Positions 18,492 through 27,281 of a stretch of DNA of 64,000 bases are shown here, piece after piece; position 1 is the first letter of the stretch, and every line of letters starts with the position of its first letter. A model generated the notes under the pieces. That model was not told the DNA's origin. It made no database searches and saw only the letters and a program-made list of their open reading frames with translations. Made by a program: the position numbers and the translations under genes. Source of the stretch: Cyanobacteria bacterium P01_F01_bin.150. Its GTDB lineage: Bacteria; Cyanobacteriota; Cyanobacteriia; CAKZMO01. The DNA is taken from positions 1 through 64,000 of the forward strand of contig JBCCYL010000022.1 in NCBI GenBank assembly GCA_039189765.1, given 5' to 3'.

Positions 18492-19292
18492 TTAAGAAGA
18501 CCATAAGGTTGTCGTCTGTCTCAAGCTTTGATAGCTCCCCTTCCCTAAAATGAGATGGTCCAACAAAGGAACTCCCAAAACTTCAGCACCTTCAAGCAAC
18601 TGTCTTGTAAGAGCGATATCTTCATTACTGGGTTTAACGGAACCACTGGGATGGTTATGAGCCACAAGTATTCGAGTAGCCCCATGCTTGATTGCAGTTC
18701 GGAAGATGTCACGCGGATGAGCAAGCGTTTCGGTAGCGGTGCCGATGGTAATGACTTGCTTGCCAAGATATTGATGTTTGACATCCAATAAAACTACAGC
18801 AAAACGTTCTTGCACAGCCCACATTAAATCCTCACGAAGAACAGAAACCGCAACGTCAGGAGAATCAACAACAGTAAGGTACTTCGGAGAAGCAAGGAAT
18901 ATCTTCTTACTGAGTTCAATAGCTGCAAGCACAGCTCCAGCTCGTGCGGGACCAATCCCTGATATTTGCATCAACTCTTCCGCTGTAATGGTCCTTAAAC
19001 CCTCCCGTGCATCTTGGTCATGCTCACTGACTAAGGCAATAATTTTCCGCCCCAAGGAACGTCCATGAACATCTTTGGCCTCCCCCAAAAGGGTATCAAA
19101 AAGATAAACCAACGTTTCTACGTCCTCATTTGAAGAGAGATACCCATCAATGCCAGTGCCTGTCTGGGGTGTCGTTAAGGCGTTATAGATTCCTTCGGAG
19201 CTACGTAGCTCCGAGAGCGTTGGAAAAGTACAGGTCGATTCAAAAATTGCATTGTAGTCAGCAGGAAAAGATTGTGGGGATCTCCCAAACAT
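18492..19292 (-). CDS. radC: RadC-like JAB domain protein
   Basis: Helix-hairpin-helix ISGIGPARA, HPRDIF, JAMM motif AHNHPSG...SNED, LLDHLI. Confidence 0.92.
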   Translation of the reverse strand: MFGRSPQSFPADYNAIFESTCTFPTLSELRSSEGIYNALTTPQTGTGIDGYLSSNEDVETLVYLFDTLLGEAKDVHGRSLGRKIIALVSEHDQDAREGLRTITAEELMQISGIGPARAGAVLAAIELSKKIFLASPKYLTVVDSPDVAVSVLREDLMWAVQERFAVVLLDVKHQYLGKQVITIGTATETLAHPRDIFRTAIKHGATRILVAHNHPSGSVKPSNEDIALTRQLLEGAEVLGVPLLDHLILGKGSYQSLRQTTTLWSS

Positions 19293-19349
19293 GTGCCTCC
19301 TCTCAAATTAAAAGTGTCTGGCTATTGCTACCAGAACAGCCCCCAATCA

Positions 19350-20285
19350 TCAAGCAACGGATGAAGCCACAACGGGTTGCTGAAGTTTATTACTCCGCTT
19401 GATAGGGGCAGGGACTCTTTTCTTAGGAGTCTTGGGTAACGTATCAGTGCGGTCTAACGCCACATCAAACCGATGAGTAAGGCTTTGAACAATATCACTA
19501 TCAGTGGTGAATATCCCAACATCACGGTCATGATTACCACTACTAGAAGTAAGAAAGTTATGACTGCCCAGCATCACAAAGCTGTCGTCGCACACCACAT
19601 ATTTTTCGTGAGTTCCTAAAACTTTGCAATCACAGTGCTCGAATTCTGCCACAAGCCTGTTGATAACGCTAAGGCCATTATACTTCCATGTGTCGCTTTG
19701 ACTCCCACAAAATACCAACTGATTCTCAAGAAATTTCAAGCAGTGCAAATCAGGCAAGTAGCCAATACCGAATGAAATTCTCACACCTCTTTCTAAAAGG
19801 GTGTTCAGCTTCGCTTCAACTTCTTGATCGAGACCAGAAGAAGAAACCCAAGGACACACAATAACCAATCGTTCCTGGGCCACAGTAAGTGCATGAAGCA
19901 ATTTAGCACGACTCTCGGCCTTATCCTCAACAACCTCATAGATGGGGGTAGATAACGCTGCCTGTAACTGTAAGCAGATATTTTTTTCAGATTGCAAAGA
20001 GGTCGCATGAATAGCCTGTAATTTATCCTCCACACGTCCTTGATGTAGTGAAAGAATCTCCTGCACCTTGCCATGAGAAGAATGAAGCTGCCTTGACAGC
20101 GAGCGTTCAAGTTGGAAGCGATTGCGTAGGGCAACAGAGACATAACCAGCAAAAAGCAGCAATGAAATAAAAGCAGGGAACTTCCAGGTACATGCGCCGA
20201 TTGCACCTGCAAGGAGACCATATTCGGTAGCTACAGTAGGAAGCTTTGCCACTTGCCACACCCATTCAACATCATCGGTCCCCAT
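19350..20285 (-). CDS. Membrane-anchored phospholipase D-like (single HKD) protein
   Basis: HEKYVVCDD...GSHNF HKD motif, VCPWV, N-terminal transmembrane segments. Confidence 0.8.
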   Translation of the reverse strand: MGTDDVEWVWQVAKLPTVATEYGLLAGAIGACTWKFPAFISLLLFAGYVSVALRNRFQLERSLSRQLHSSHGKVQEILSLHQGRVEDKLQAIHATSLQSEKNICLQLQAALSTPIYEVVEDKAESRAKLLHALTVAQERLVIVCPWVSSSGLDQEVEAKLNTLLERGVRISFGIGYLPDLHCLKFLENQLVFCGSQSDTWKYNGLSVINRLVAEFEHCDCKVLGTHEKYVVCDDSFVMLGSHNFLTSSSGNHDRDVGIFTTDSDIVQSLTHRFDVALDRTDTLPKTPKKRVPAPIKRSNKLQQPVVASSVA

Positions 20286-20439
20286 TCTACGGAATTAGCA
20301 GTAACATTTTTAACCGGAGCATCCCTGAAAAACATACGTATCGGTAGGATTAGGTAGCACTCTATAGATTGGTAGAAGGGGATTTCTTCTCTTTTTAAGG
20401 GAACTCTAGCGGTAGTATCTACCTTATCCATATGTCATT

Positions 20440-20796
20440 ATGGTGCGACTACTCAAACGGATCTTAGGTCTTCCACAAGAGGAGAAGATAACCTTTGATT
20501 GCTATGGTGAAGACTCCAGTGGGGTTTCTCACGCTATTGTGCAGGAAATCATGGAATGGATATCGCTCAGTCTTTATCACTGTGGATACCGTGGCAATGC
20601 TCAAGTAATCTGGTACAACGAAGACGTTTCAAATGATTGGGTCCAGGAAGCCTTGCAAGAGGGTATTCGGAAAGACGAGCCTGTGTTGCTGTATCGAACA
20701 GGGATGACAACATCCTCCGCTCCCACAGGGTATTACTGGAGAATGGTACCGGAACATCCTTCGACACGGATTTATCAACTTGAAAGGCACATGTGA
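20440..20796 (+). CDS. Hypothetical protein
   Basis: 118-aa ORF overlapping the next gene by GTGA. Confidence 0.6.
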   Translation: MVRLLKRILGLPQEEKITFDCYGEDSSGVSHAIVQEIMEWISLSLYHCGYRGNAQVIWYNEDVSNDWVQEALQEGIRKDEPVLLYRTGMTTSSAPTGYYWRMVPEHPSTRIYQLERHM

Positions 20797-21062
20797 AGAC
20801 ACTCTCAAAACCCGGCAACTCAAGTATCATGCATTCCGATGACAAACAAACTCAGACACAAAAAGTAGAGATGTACGACGGCGTTCCAGTGGCTCCCCCA
20901 AAAAACCAGCTCAGTAGATCCCAACAGCTTGCAATGCTTGATTATCACCCCCTGTTTACGGGGCGATGTCCCCATTGTGAGGTCCCTATTCCTCTTGAAA
21001 AAAAGATTCAGAATATTTGGCAATGTCACGCTTGTGGATGGAAAGACAGCACAACAGAATAA
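20793..21062 (+). CDS. Small zinc-ribbon protein
   Basis: CPHC...WQCHACGW. Confidence 0.65.
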   Translation: MKTLSKPGNSSIMHSDDKQTQTQKVEMYDGVPVAPPKNQLSRSQQLAMLDYHPLFTGRCPHCEVPIPLEKKIQNIWQCHACGWKDSTTE

Positions 21063-21379
21063 AAACAAAGACATTGATAAGCTAAGTAGCTCGTGTATCC
21101 ATCAATCTTTACTGGTGTAGCGTCTACTTTACAGACTTATCGATATCACCAATTATTCTTTGTATTGTCTGCATTTCCAAGAATTTTTCCAGAGTAAGCT
21201 TACAGGCAACCAATAGTCTCATCTACGTATCATGCGTCACTCAGGGATGAGACCCGTGAACATAGTGTACATGCACGATAAGTGGTTAAATCCTCATGCC
21301 TCTATTTCAAGATCGTTGCCATACATACTGTTTTCTGGATGTGAGTTTAGCTTATCGCAAGTGTCAATCTATCAAATCT

Positions 21380-21538
21380 CTACTTCTTTTGCTTCTCTTG
21401 ATACTCCTCATAAGCTTTCATCAACAGATACGCTGCCAAATTAGAAAAAGAGCGTCTTTCTTTTTTAGCCCATTCCATAAGCCCTTCTTTCAATTCGGGG
21501 TCCATATAAACGGTGACAGATTCTAAGTCAGTAGCCAT
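21380..21538 (-). CDS. Small ribbon-helix-helix (CopG/Arc-like) regulator, not in the ORF track
   Basis: Translated by hand: MATDLESVTVYMDPELKEGLMEWAKKERRSFSNLAAYLLMKAYEEYQEKQKK. Upstream TAGTAGAGT repeats at 21611-21641 could be its operator. Confidence 0.75.
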   Translation of the reverse strand: MATDLESVTVYMDPELKEGLMEWAKKERRSFSNLAAYLLMKAYEEYQEKQKK

Positions 21539-21853
21539 AAATGTGTTCTTCTATTCACTGCGAACACATATTACGCATTGAATCCACCAGCACGGTAGCG
21601 TACTATACATGCACTCTATTAGTAGAGTACTAGTAGAGTGCTTTACTCTGCCGCACAAATGCTATACTCATTCCCAAGTAGAAAAAGCATCACGTCTTAT
21701 GCTTGACTACGATGCCGAATACACTCTGCCGTCTAGCATCTAGCAACGTAAGGAAGCTCACCAAACTAACCAACTGCTGTGTGATAGAAGCGTTGCTAGT
21801 GCAAGTTTTCTCATAATCGAAAAAATATCTACCCAAAAACACGCGAGGTTATT

Positions 21854-22060
21854 ATGACCAAAGAAATTCAAGGTCTCACCATCCTTACTCGACCCTGCGA
21901 TCAAGGGGACTGCCCCACACTCTATTCGGATACGGATGGACGTATCTTTGTACAGGGAAATAAGCTTGATAGAGCAAACCATGCTGGCCTGACAGTTCCC
22001 GACCATGAAGGCGTGGTGGAAATCACCCCAGAGCTGATTGAGTTCTTGAAATCCCAATAA
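21854..22060 (+). CDS. Small conserved-looking hypothetical protein (CxxxxCPTLY...VQG)
   Basis: GAGG RBS; motif CDQGDCPTLY..GRIFVQG..VPDHEGVVEI. Confidence 0.7.
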   Translation: MTKEIQGLTILTRPCDQGDCPTLYSDTDGRIFVQGNKLDRANHAGLTVPDHEGVVEITPELIEFLKSQ

Positions 22061-22108
22061 CTTCAAATCTCTGATAGATAAGCTTTCTGGCTCCTGTATC
22101 ATCTAAGG

Positions 22109-22624
22109 TCAGGAGCTAGAAGGTGATGACTCATCCTGCTGAAGAACTTCAGTCTCAATAAAATGGCGAAAATCATGTGAATGAACCATCCTGGCCTTCT
22201 CCCAGTAGGCTTTCACCGTGGGATAGGCAAAAACATTACGAGCATCACGAGTGAAACCATCCATATGCCTAGCACTTGTGATGCCTGTTTTCTGATTCAA
22301 GTACACCAAAAGTACCTGATTTACCAGAAATGAACTGAGCTTTTCAATCTCCCAGGTTTTCGGGTCAAAATCATTGGCCTCTGCAAAGCGCTCTAGCAAA
22401 GGAGGATTGCTGATGATGCCAAAGAACAAATCCCGATGAGCATCAACAGTAGAGTACTTTGCCTCACTGTACCCGCTCACAATCTGATGTTTCACTTGCT
22501 TTAAGAGGAGCTGGACCGTCTTCTGGGTCGAAAACCACAGCAAAACGTTGAATATGGTGGCGATCAACGTCATCACCATCATCATTAACGCAGTCCAATC
22601 AGCAATATTTAACCCCTGCCACAC
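22109..22624 (-). CDS. Hypothetical protein with N-terminal TM helix (DUF6082-like by recollection)
   Basis: AGGAG RBS before a GTG start; TM helix, then HRDLF...YWEKAR...DFRHFIE. Confidence 0.6.
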   Translation of the reverse strand: MWQGLNIADWTALMMMVMTLIATIFNVLLWFSTQKTVQLLLKQVKHQIVSGYSEAKYSTVDAHRDLFFGIISNPPLLERFAEANDFDPKTWEIEKLSSFLVNQVLLVYLNQKTGITSARHMDGFTRDARNVFAYPTVKAYWEKARMVHSHDFRHFIETEVLQQDESSPSSS

Positions 22625-22769
22625 AGCAGCTCCTTTCAGAAATTATCATCACCTCTTTGGAAGTCCGTAGCGTTGAAGGTGATCTCGTTAGTCCTTAAGC
22701 TCTCGCCTGAAAACGCTAACAACTCCAGCCTTACAGGTCAACTAGAATTTTGGGTCAGGCAAATCCAAC

Positions 22770-23969
22770 CTAGACAAGGGAGAGTTGTTTTACCGCTCCA
22801 GTAAACTCATCCCACTTTTGCTGAAACACGCGAGCGTTACGCACTTTGTCTTGCACCAGCGCCGGACACACCACCCAGAAGCCCTCAACGGCAGGATAGA
22901 CTCCGTTTTCTCGATGATGGGTATAGGTTCGTGCAGCACCGTAAGCCTCCTCTACGCCTCCACCATACTCCTCTGCCAACACGTAAAGCTGCTCGGTCAT
23001 CTCCGGCTTGGTGCCGACGTCCACCGTGCTGACTCGTCGTGCAACGCTAGTAAACGGTTTCCCTGATTTCTGAGAAACCTTACGCTCATAAATTCGCTCA
23101 ACACGGTAAAGCCCCCATTCTTGCTCCGATAACAGACGCTCAAAAGCCTCCAACGCCCTCTGATTGCTCGATTGCACTATCAGGTCATAAGCTGTACCCG
23201 ATGAAAAAAGATGCATTCGGGGATTAAGAGCCAAGGACAGCATTTCAGTGAACAAGGCAAAGGCTGCTGCATCCGGTTCTTCCTTGTATCGTTCCATAGC
23301 GGTAGCTACGGACTGATAGGGACAGTACTTGCAGCAGGATTTCTTCCAAAGCACACCCAACTGCTCTTGAATGTAAGCAATGCAGTCTAGACGAGTCATG
23401 TTCCACTCTATGAGCGGGAAGCGAAACGCATTTCCCCGGCACTGGTATTCCTCACATTTCTCAGCTCGCTTGGTTTCCTCGGCACTGTAGCCAAGATAAG
23501 GGCCAAAAACCTGACAATGCAGATGGTCTTCCAACCACCTATCAATCACGTATCCCTTCCACTTCATCGCACATAGATGGGGACCACTTAAGGCAGGGAT
23601 AGTACCTCGTTCATGCATGTGGGTGCTGAGTTTGAAATCACCATCAATGTTGAGGCGGTAAGGCTCACGGGTATCTTGCAGGACGGTGTAACCATCCTTT
23701 TGGCGTGGCCCATGCTTCGCTACTTCCACGAAACGGATATGGTGCTTTCGGAGTAGGGAAAAAATGTGCGTTTCCACCAACTCCTTGGTGCTCTCAAACT
23801 CATCACCAGTCTGAGCAGTCAGCACAATCAGATCGCACAAGGGAAACCCACGCTCCTCATCGCTCATAGCAAGCCATTTGAGCAAGATTGCCGTCGAGTC
23901 AACGCCCATACCGTAGTTAAGAACATGGGGCATGTGAGGGATGACAGGGTGCGGAGAGGAAGTATTCAT
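22770..23969 (-). CDS. PP-loop (adenine nucleotide alpha-hydrolase/PAPS-reductase-like) protein with Cys cluster
   Basis: NYGMGVDSTA PP-loop, CAMKWK, FPLIEW, KSCCKYCPY. Confidence 0.75.
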   Translation of the reverse strand: MNTSSPHPVIPHMPHVLNYGMGVDSTAILLKWLAMSDEERGFPLCDLIVLTAQTGDEFESTKELVETHIFSLLRKHHIRFVEVAKHGPRQKDGYTVLQDTREPYRLNIDGDFKLSTHMHERGTIPALSGPHLCAMKWKGYVIDRWLEDHLHCQVFGPYLGYSAEETKRAEKCEEYQCRGNAFRFPLIEWNMTRLDCIAYIQEQLGVLWKKSCCKYCPYQSVATAMERYKEEPDAAAFALFTEMLSLALNPRMHLFSSGTAYDLIVQSSNQRALEAFERLLSEQEWGLYRVERIYERKVSQKSGKPFTSVARRVSTVDVGTKPEMTEQLYVLAEEYGGGVEEAYGAARTYTHHRENGVYPAVEGFWVVCPALVQDKVRNARVFQQKWDEFTGAVKQLSLV

Positions 23970-24050
23970 AGTTAAGAGGGAAGTTAAGTTGAACAGTAAA
24001 GAAACCAGGCCATTGAGAGACCTTGGCCTTCTTGTTCAGCAATTCCGGCT

Positions 24051-24127
24051 AGAGCAAATTTTTGGTGTCAAGGGCGCGGAGGTACGGAGCGGCAAAGCTT
24101 TACCCTTGACACCAAAAATTTTGCTCT
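24051..24127. repeat. Long inverted repeat containing TTGACA
   Basis: AGAGCAAATTTTTGGTGTCAAGGG / CCCTTGACACCAAAAATTTTGCTCT with a 28-nt loop. Confidence 0.7.
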
Positions 24128-24180
24128 GGCACCATCTAGCGAACAAAGGGCAAGGGGTTAACGCCTCCCACCCGATACGG

Positions 24181-25131
24181 CTAATACAGTGTGTGCTTTG
24201 GGTTCGTGATTGCTGTTCGGTCGTGCCTTTCCATCACCCGTCTGAAATGCTCTGGATGATCGCACTCGGTGTGCCCAAACTTCTCAAGGAAACAGCTCAC
24301 GGGATAATGATCATATCCCCGCCCCAGGTTCCGAGCACCATCAACTACTCGCCAGGGCTTTGCAGTCAATCGTGCCCGATAGCTACCTAGAAAAAGCGAC
24401 ATTTGGCAGTAGCTTGGGTCAATACCTCGTACTCGCCATCTAGGTAGCAGTTCCGCAAATAGCCTCTCTGCCGTCACATCCTGGGCCAGCACTACCCTAT
24501 GCCCTTTAGCGGTTTGGTAGAGCCTACCTCCGAATCCCATTGTCCCTAACTCATCCAACAGTTGGACTACCTTCGTCCTACTCCGAGTATCCACGTCAAT
24601 ACAGGGAATCCTGGTGGTGTTAATAACGAGCGCACCATAATTGTTAATAGCTACCGCTTCAGCCTTATGGACGGCACTGGTAGAAACTCCAAATTCTTCC
24701 TCAATCCATGAGCTGATGAACGGGTCTTCCACTAACTGCGTTAAGCGGTCTATGTCATCTTCATCAAACGAATCTGCAAAGCGGTTCGCATTGGCTAACG
24801 CATCTTGGCATTCTCGGCGAGTTTCCAGTAGGTCATCAGTAAGAGCGACAAGCTTCTCCACGGCGATAGGGTTCTCAGTATCTTGAGCGATAGTGGCAAG
24901 CTGCTGATCGCGCTCTTCTTCATCCAGCTCCAGTAACGTTCGTGCAGTGCTGATGAGGTCCAGACGAGTACTCATCTCCAGGGTTTGACGAAACTCCTTC
25001 TGAAATGACGAAAACCCACCAGGATAATGCTCGGCGAGTAAATCGGTCACTTTCATACGGTCTCGATAAAAGCCATTGCGTATTAGCCACAATCGTCCGT
25101 AGCGTAGTTGTTGGGCAAAGGTATTAGACAT
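24181..25131 (-). CDS. Hypothetical protein with AEP-primase-like motifs in the C-terminal half
   Basis: IPCIDVD (DxD), RLYQTAKGHR, RARLTAKPWR. Confidence 0.6.
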   Translation of the reverse strand: MSNTFAQQLRYGRLWLIRNGFYRDRMKVTDLLAEHYPGGFSSFQKEFRQTLEMSTRLDLISTARTLLELDEEERDQQLATIAQDTENPIAVEKLVALTDDLLETRRECQDALANANRFADSFDEDDIDRLTQLVEDPFISSWIEEEFGVSTSAVHKAEAVAINNYGALVINTTRIPCIDVDTRSRTKVVQLLDELGTMGFGGRLYQTAKGHRVVLAQDVTAERLFAELLPRWRVRGIDPSYCQMSLFLGSYRARLTAKPWRVVDGARNLGRGYDHYPVSCFLEKFGHTECDHPEHFRRVMERHDRTAITNPKHTLY

Positions 25132-25276
25132 AGTAATCCTGTGCCGTCACCGTGTACCGATGACAGCTCGCGTTTATGTGGGTGTACAAAAAACTTCTGG
25201 TTTAGCTAAAAGAGGCTCTTAATACGTAGATGCTTTTTCGTGATGCCAGCTCGCGGTAGCATCACCATGACAACCA

Positions 25277-26578
25277 TCAAATCTGCCCTACTTCGGCATG
25301 GTAGAGCTTCAATAAATGAGTGGTGTACTCGAAAAACGAGTCATAACAAGTACCGTCCGATACACACTGGGGCTTTGTGTCGTTGTAGCTCATGCGATCA
25401 TCCGGGCCTCCGTACCACATAGCGCCTACCTGCCGTATGCGTTCCTCATGAGACCCTGAAGTCTGGTTCCAATAATCAGAGAGGACAGCCGTTGAAAGTT
25501 CTCTCTGGAGAGCACAGTCACCCATCAGCTCACTGATAGTGATATCTCGGCCCAGATAGGTGATATCCCACCCGCGAGCGCCCGTGATATTAGCACCCAT
25601 AATTTGTGTGGCCCCAATAGCTGCGGTGTGCTTATTCTTAGCAGAGCAGTCACCACTTGATTCCTTCCCAATGAAGGCATTCACCAGTGCAGTCATATGG
25701 TGATCGCCACCGGATAGGGGGAGCTGCCCTGTGGCAAGAGCCAAAAGCCAGCCGTACTGAGGGTGAACCCGTGTGCCCTGCTCAATTTGCTCAAAATGTA
25801 AGTGTGGGCCAGTGGAACGTCCAGCTCGTCTATCACCTTTCTGACCTCCTGTAAGGGCAATCTCAGCACCTGGAGGATGAACACCTTGATTGCAGCTATT
25901 CATATGGCCTAGCAAAAAGCCTGGGAATTTCCCCGTTTGGTCAAGAGGACGCACAAGGCAAAACAACCCATAGCCGCCTTTATCAAATTGCTGCACAACC
26001 TCCACATCAAAAGGAGCAATCAGCGGGGTGTTCACCGGAACCTTCCAATCAACTCCCTGATGCTTATGCGTCCCTCGGTCCTCTCCAAACTCACCACCAA
26101 TGGCGTACCCTGCAACCACATCACCTCGCACAAGCGGTTTCATGGAACCACTTTGATAAGACACTGACTGCATTTCATAACGGTTGAATCGAAAAAGCTG
26201 AGCCAAGAGACTAAGCAGCATACGGGGTTGGTTCAAAGCAGGACGAAGGGGGGTAAGAAGCATGTGCAGCAAGATAATAATAAAAGTCCCTTTGAGCATC
26301 TTCCAGACATCATCAAATGCGGCAACGACATCATCATGCTCTGTCGTGAAGCGTTCCCAAGCATTCTGACTAGCATCAACACCCTTATCAGCAACATCAC
26401 GAGCAACCCGCCCCACAGTTTCAGCGGTCTCACGATTAATTTCCCGCTGTCGCTCTCGTTGATACTCTTCATACTCACGCCTCACAAACGGGTCTGCCAA
26501 CTCAATCCGAGCTTCATCAGAGTCATAGCTTGAATCAGAGACATCAACGGTATTCCACTCACTGTCTCGTAGAGACAT
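25277..26578 (-). CDS. M23 metallopeptidase with C-terminal lysozyme/transglycosylase-like domain
   Basis: HQGVD and STGPHLHFE (M23); KESSGD...AIGATQIM...WYGG (lysozyme-like); one TM segment. Confidence 0.82.
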   Translation of the reverse strand: MSLRDSEWNTVDVSDSSYDSDEARIELADPFVRREYEEYQRERQREINRETAETVGRVARDVADKGVDASQNAWERFTTEHDDVVAAFDDVWKMLKGTFIIILLHMLLTPLRPALNQPRMLLSLLAQLFRFNRYEMQSVSYQSGSMKPLVRGDVVAGYAIGGEFGEDRGTHKHQGVDWKVPVNTPLIAPFDVEVVQQFDKGGYGLFCLVRPLDQTGKFPGFLLGHMNSCNQGVHPPGAEIALTGGQKGDRRAGRSTGPHLHFEQIEQGTRVHPQYGWLLALATGQLPLSGGDHHMTALVNAFIGKESSGDCSAKNKHTAAIGATQIMGANITGARGWDITYLGRDITISELMGDCALQRELSTAVLSDYWNQTSGSHEERIRQVGAMWYGGPDDRMSYNDTKPQCVSDGTCYDSFFEYTTHLLKLYHAEVGQI

Positions 26579-26580
26579 AG

Positions 26581-26790
26581 TTAGTAGTCCTCCTTGTCTC
26601 TCTCTTTAAGGCGATAGCGGGGCATCTGCTGCCCTTTAGGGCGGTAATGCATATGGGCAGGTTCTCCACGATATCCATCAACAAAGTCACCCACTGCCCA
26701 TATCCAGAAATGGGTTGGCTCCATGTTCATGTACCAGGAAAGAGCCGAAATACACATGCTGGCCCCGATGAGGCGAATAAAATTAGCCAT
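26581..26790 (-). CDS. Small hypothetical membrane protein
   Basis: 69 aa, tightly packed in the operon. Confidence 0.55.
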   Translation of the reverse strand: MANFIRLIGASMCISALSWYMNMEPTHFWIWAVGDFVDGYRGEPAHMHYRPKGQQMPRYRLKERDKEDY

Positions 26791-26799
26791 GACGGATTC

Positions 26800-26967
26800 T
26801 CAAGGAACGAGACGATCCAAGGTTTGCTCTAAATGAGACCCTGTGGCGTGTTGAGGATTAAAATTCAGCAGGTCACACAACAAGCTAAATTTCATTAGGG
26901 CAAAAGTTGCAAGCACAATGGTGAGAAGACCATTGATGAGCTTCTGCACAAAGTCGGTGAATATCAT
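26800..26967 (-). CDS. Small hypothetical membrane protein (55 aa, not in the ORF track)
   Basis: MIFTDFVQKLINGLLTIVLATFALMKFSLL...; its start overlaps the stop of the upstream gene. Confidence 0.5.
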   Translation of the reverse strand: MIFTDFVQKLINGLLTIVLATFALMKFSLLCDLLNFNPQHATGSHLEQTLDRLVP

Positions 26968-27242
26968 TAGTTCCGGTCCCTCCTTCCCGCCTGGTCCAAT
27001 GGCGCGGTGATAGGGTCAGTCAAGCGACGCTTACGCCAAACGTCATCACGAGGATTATCAAGGTTTTTACTATCACGAGATGAGTTTTCAATAGCTCGTG
27101 TGGCACACTCCATTCCCTCACCAAATAGACAAGTCACGAGTCGGGCCAAGCCATTAGCATTGATAGCCCCAACTGAAATGCTCAGGATGACAAACCCAGC
27201 AACACTCACCTCTACTACCGATTCGCCTAAATTTTTAGCCAT
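26967..27242 (-). CDS. Small hypothetical membrane protein
   Basis: Hydrophobic N-terminus, GGAG RBS. Confidence 0.55.
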   Translation of the reverse strand: MAKNLGESVVEVSVAGFVILSISVGAINANGLARLVTCLFGEGMECATRAIENSSRDSKNLDNPRDDVWRKRRLTDPITAPLDQAGRRDRN

Positions 27243-27281
27243 AGAACTTACTCCAAAGAAACAGCAAACATTACTCCCGCT

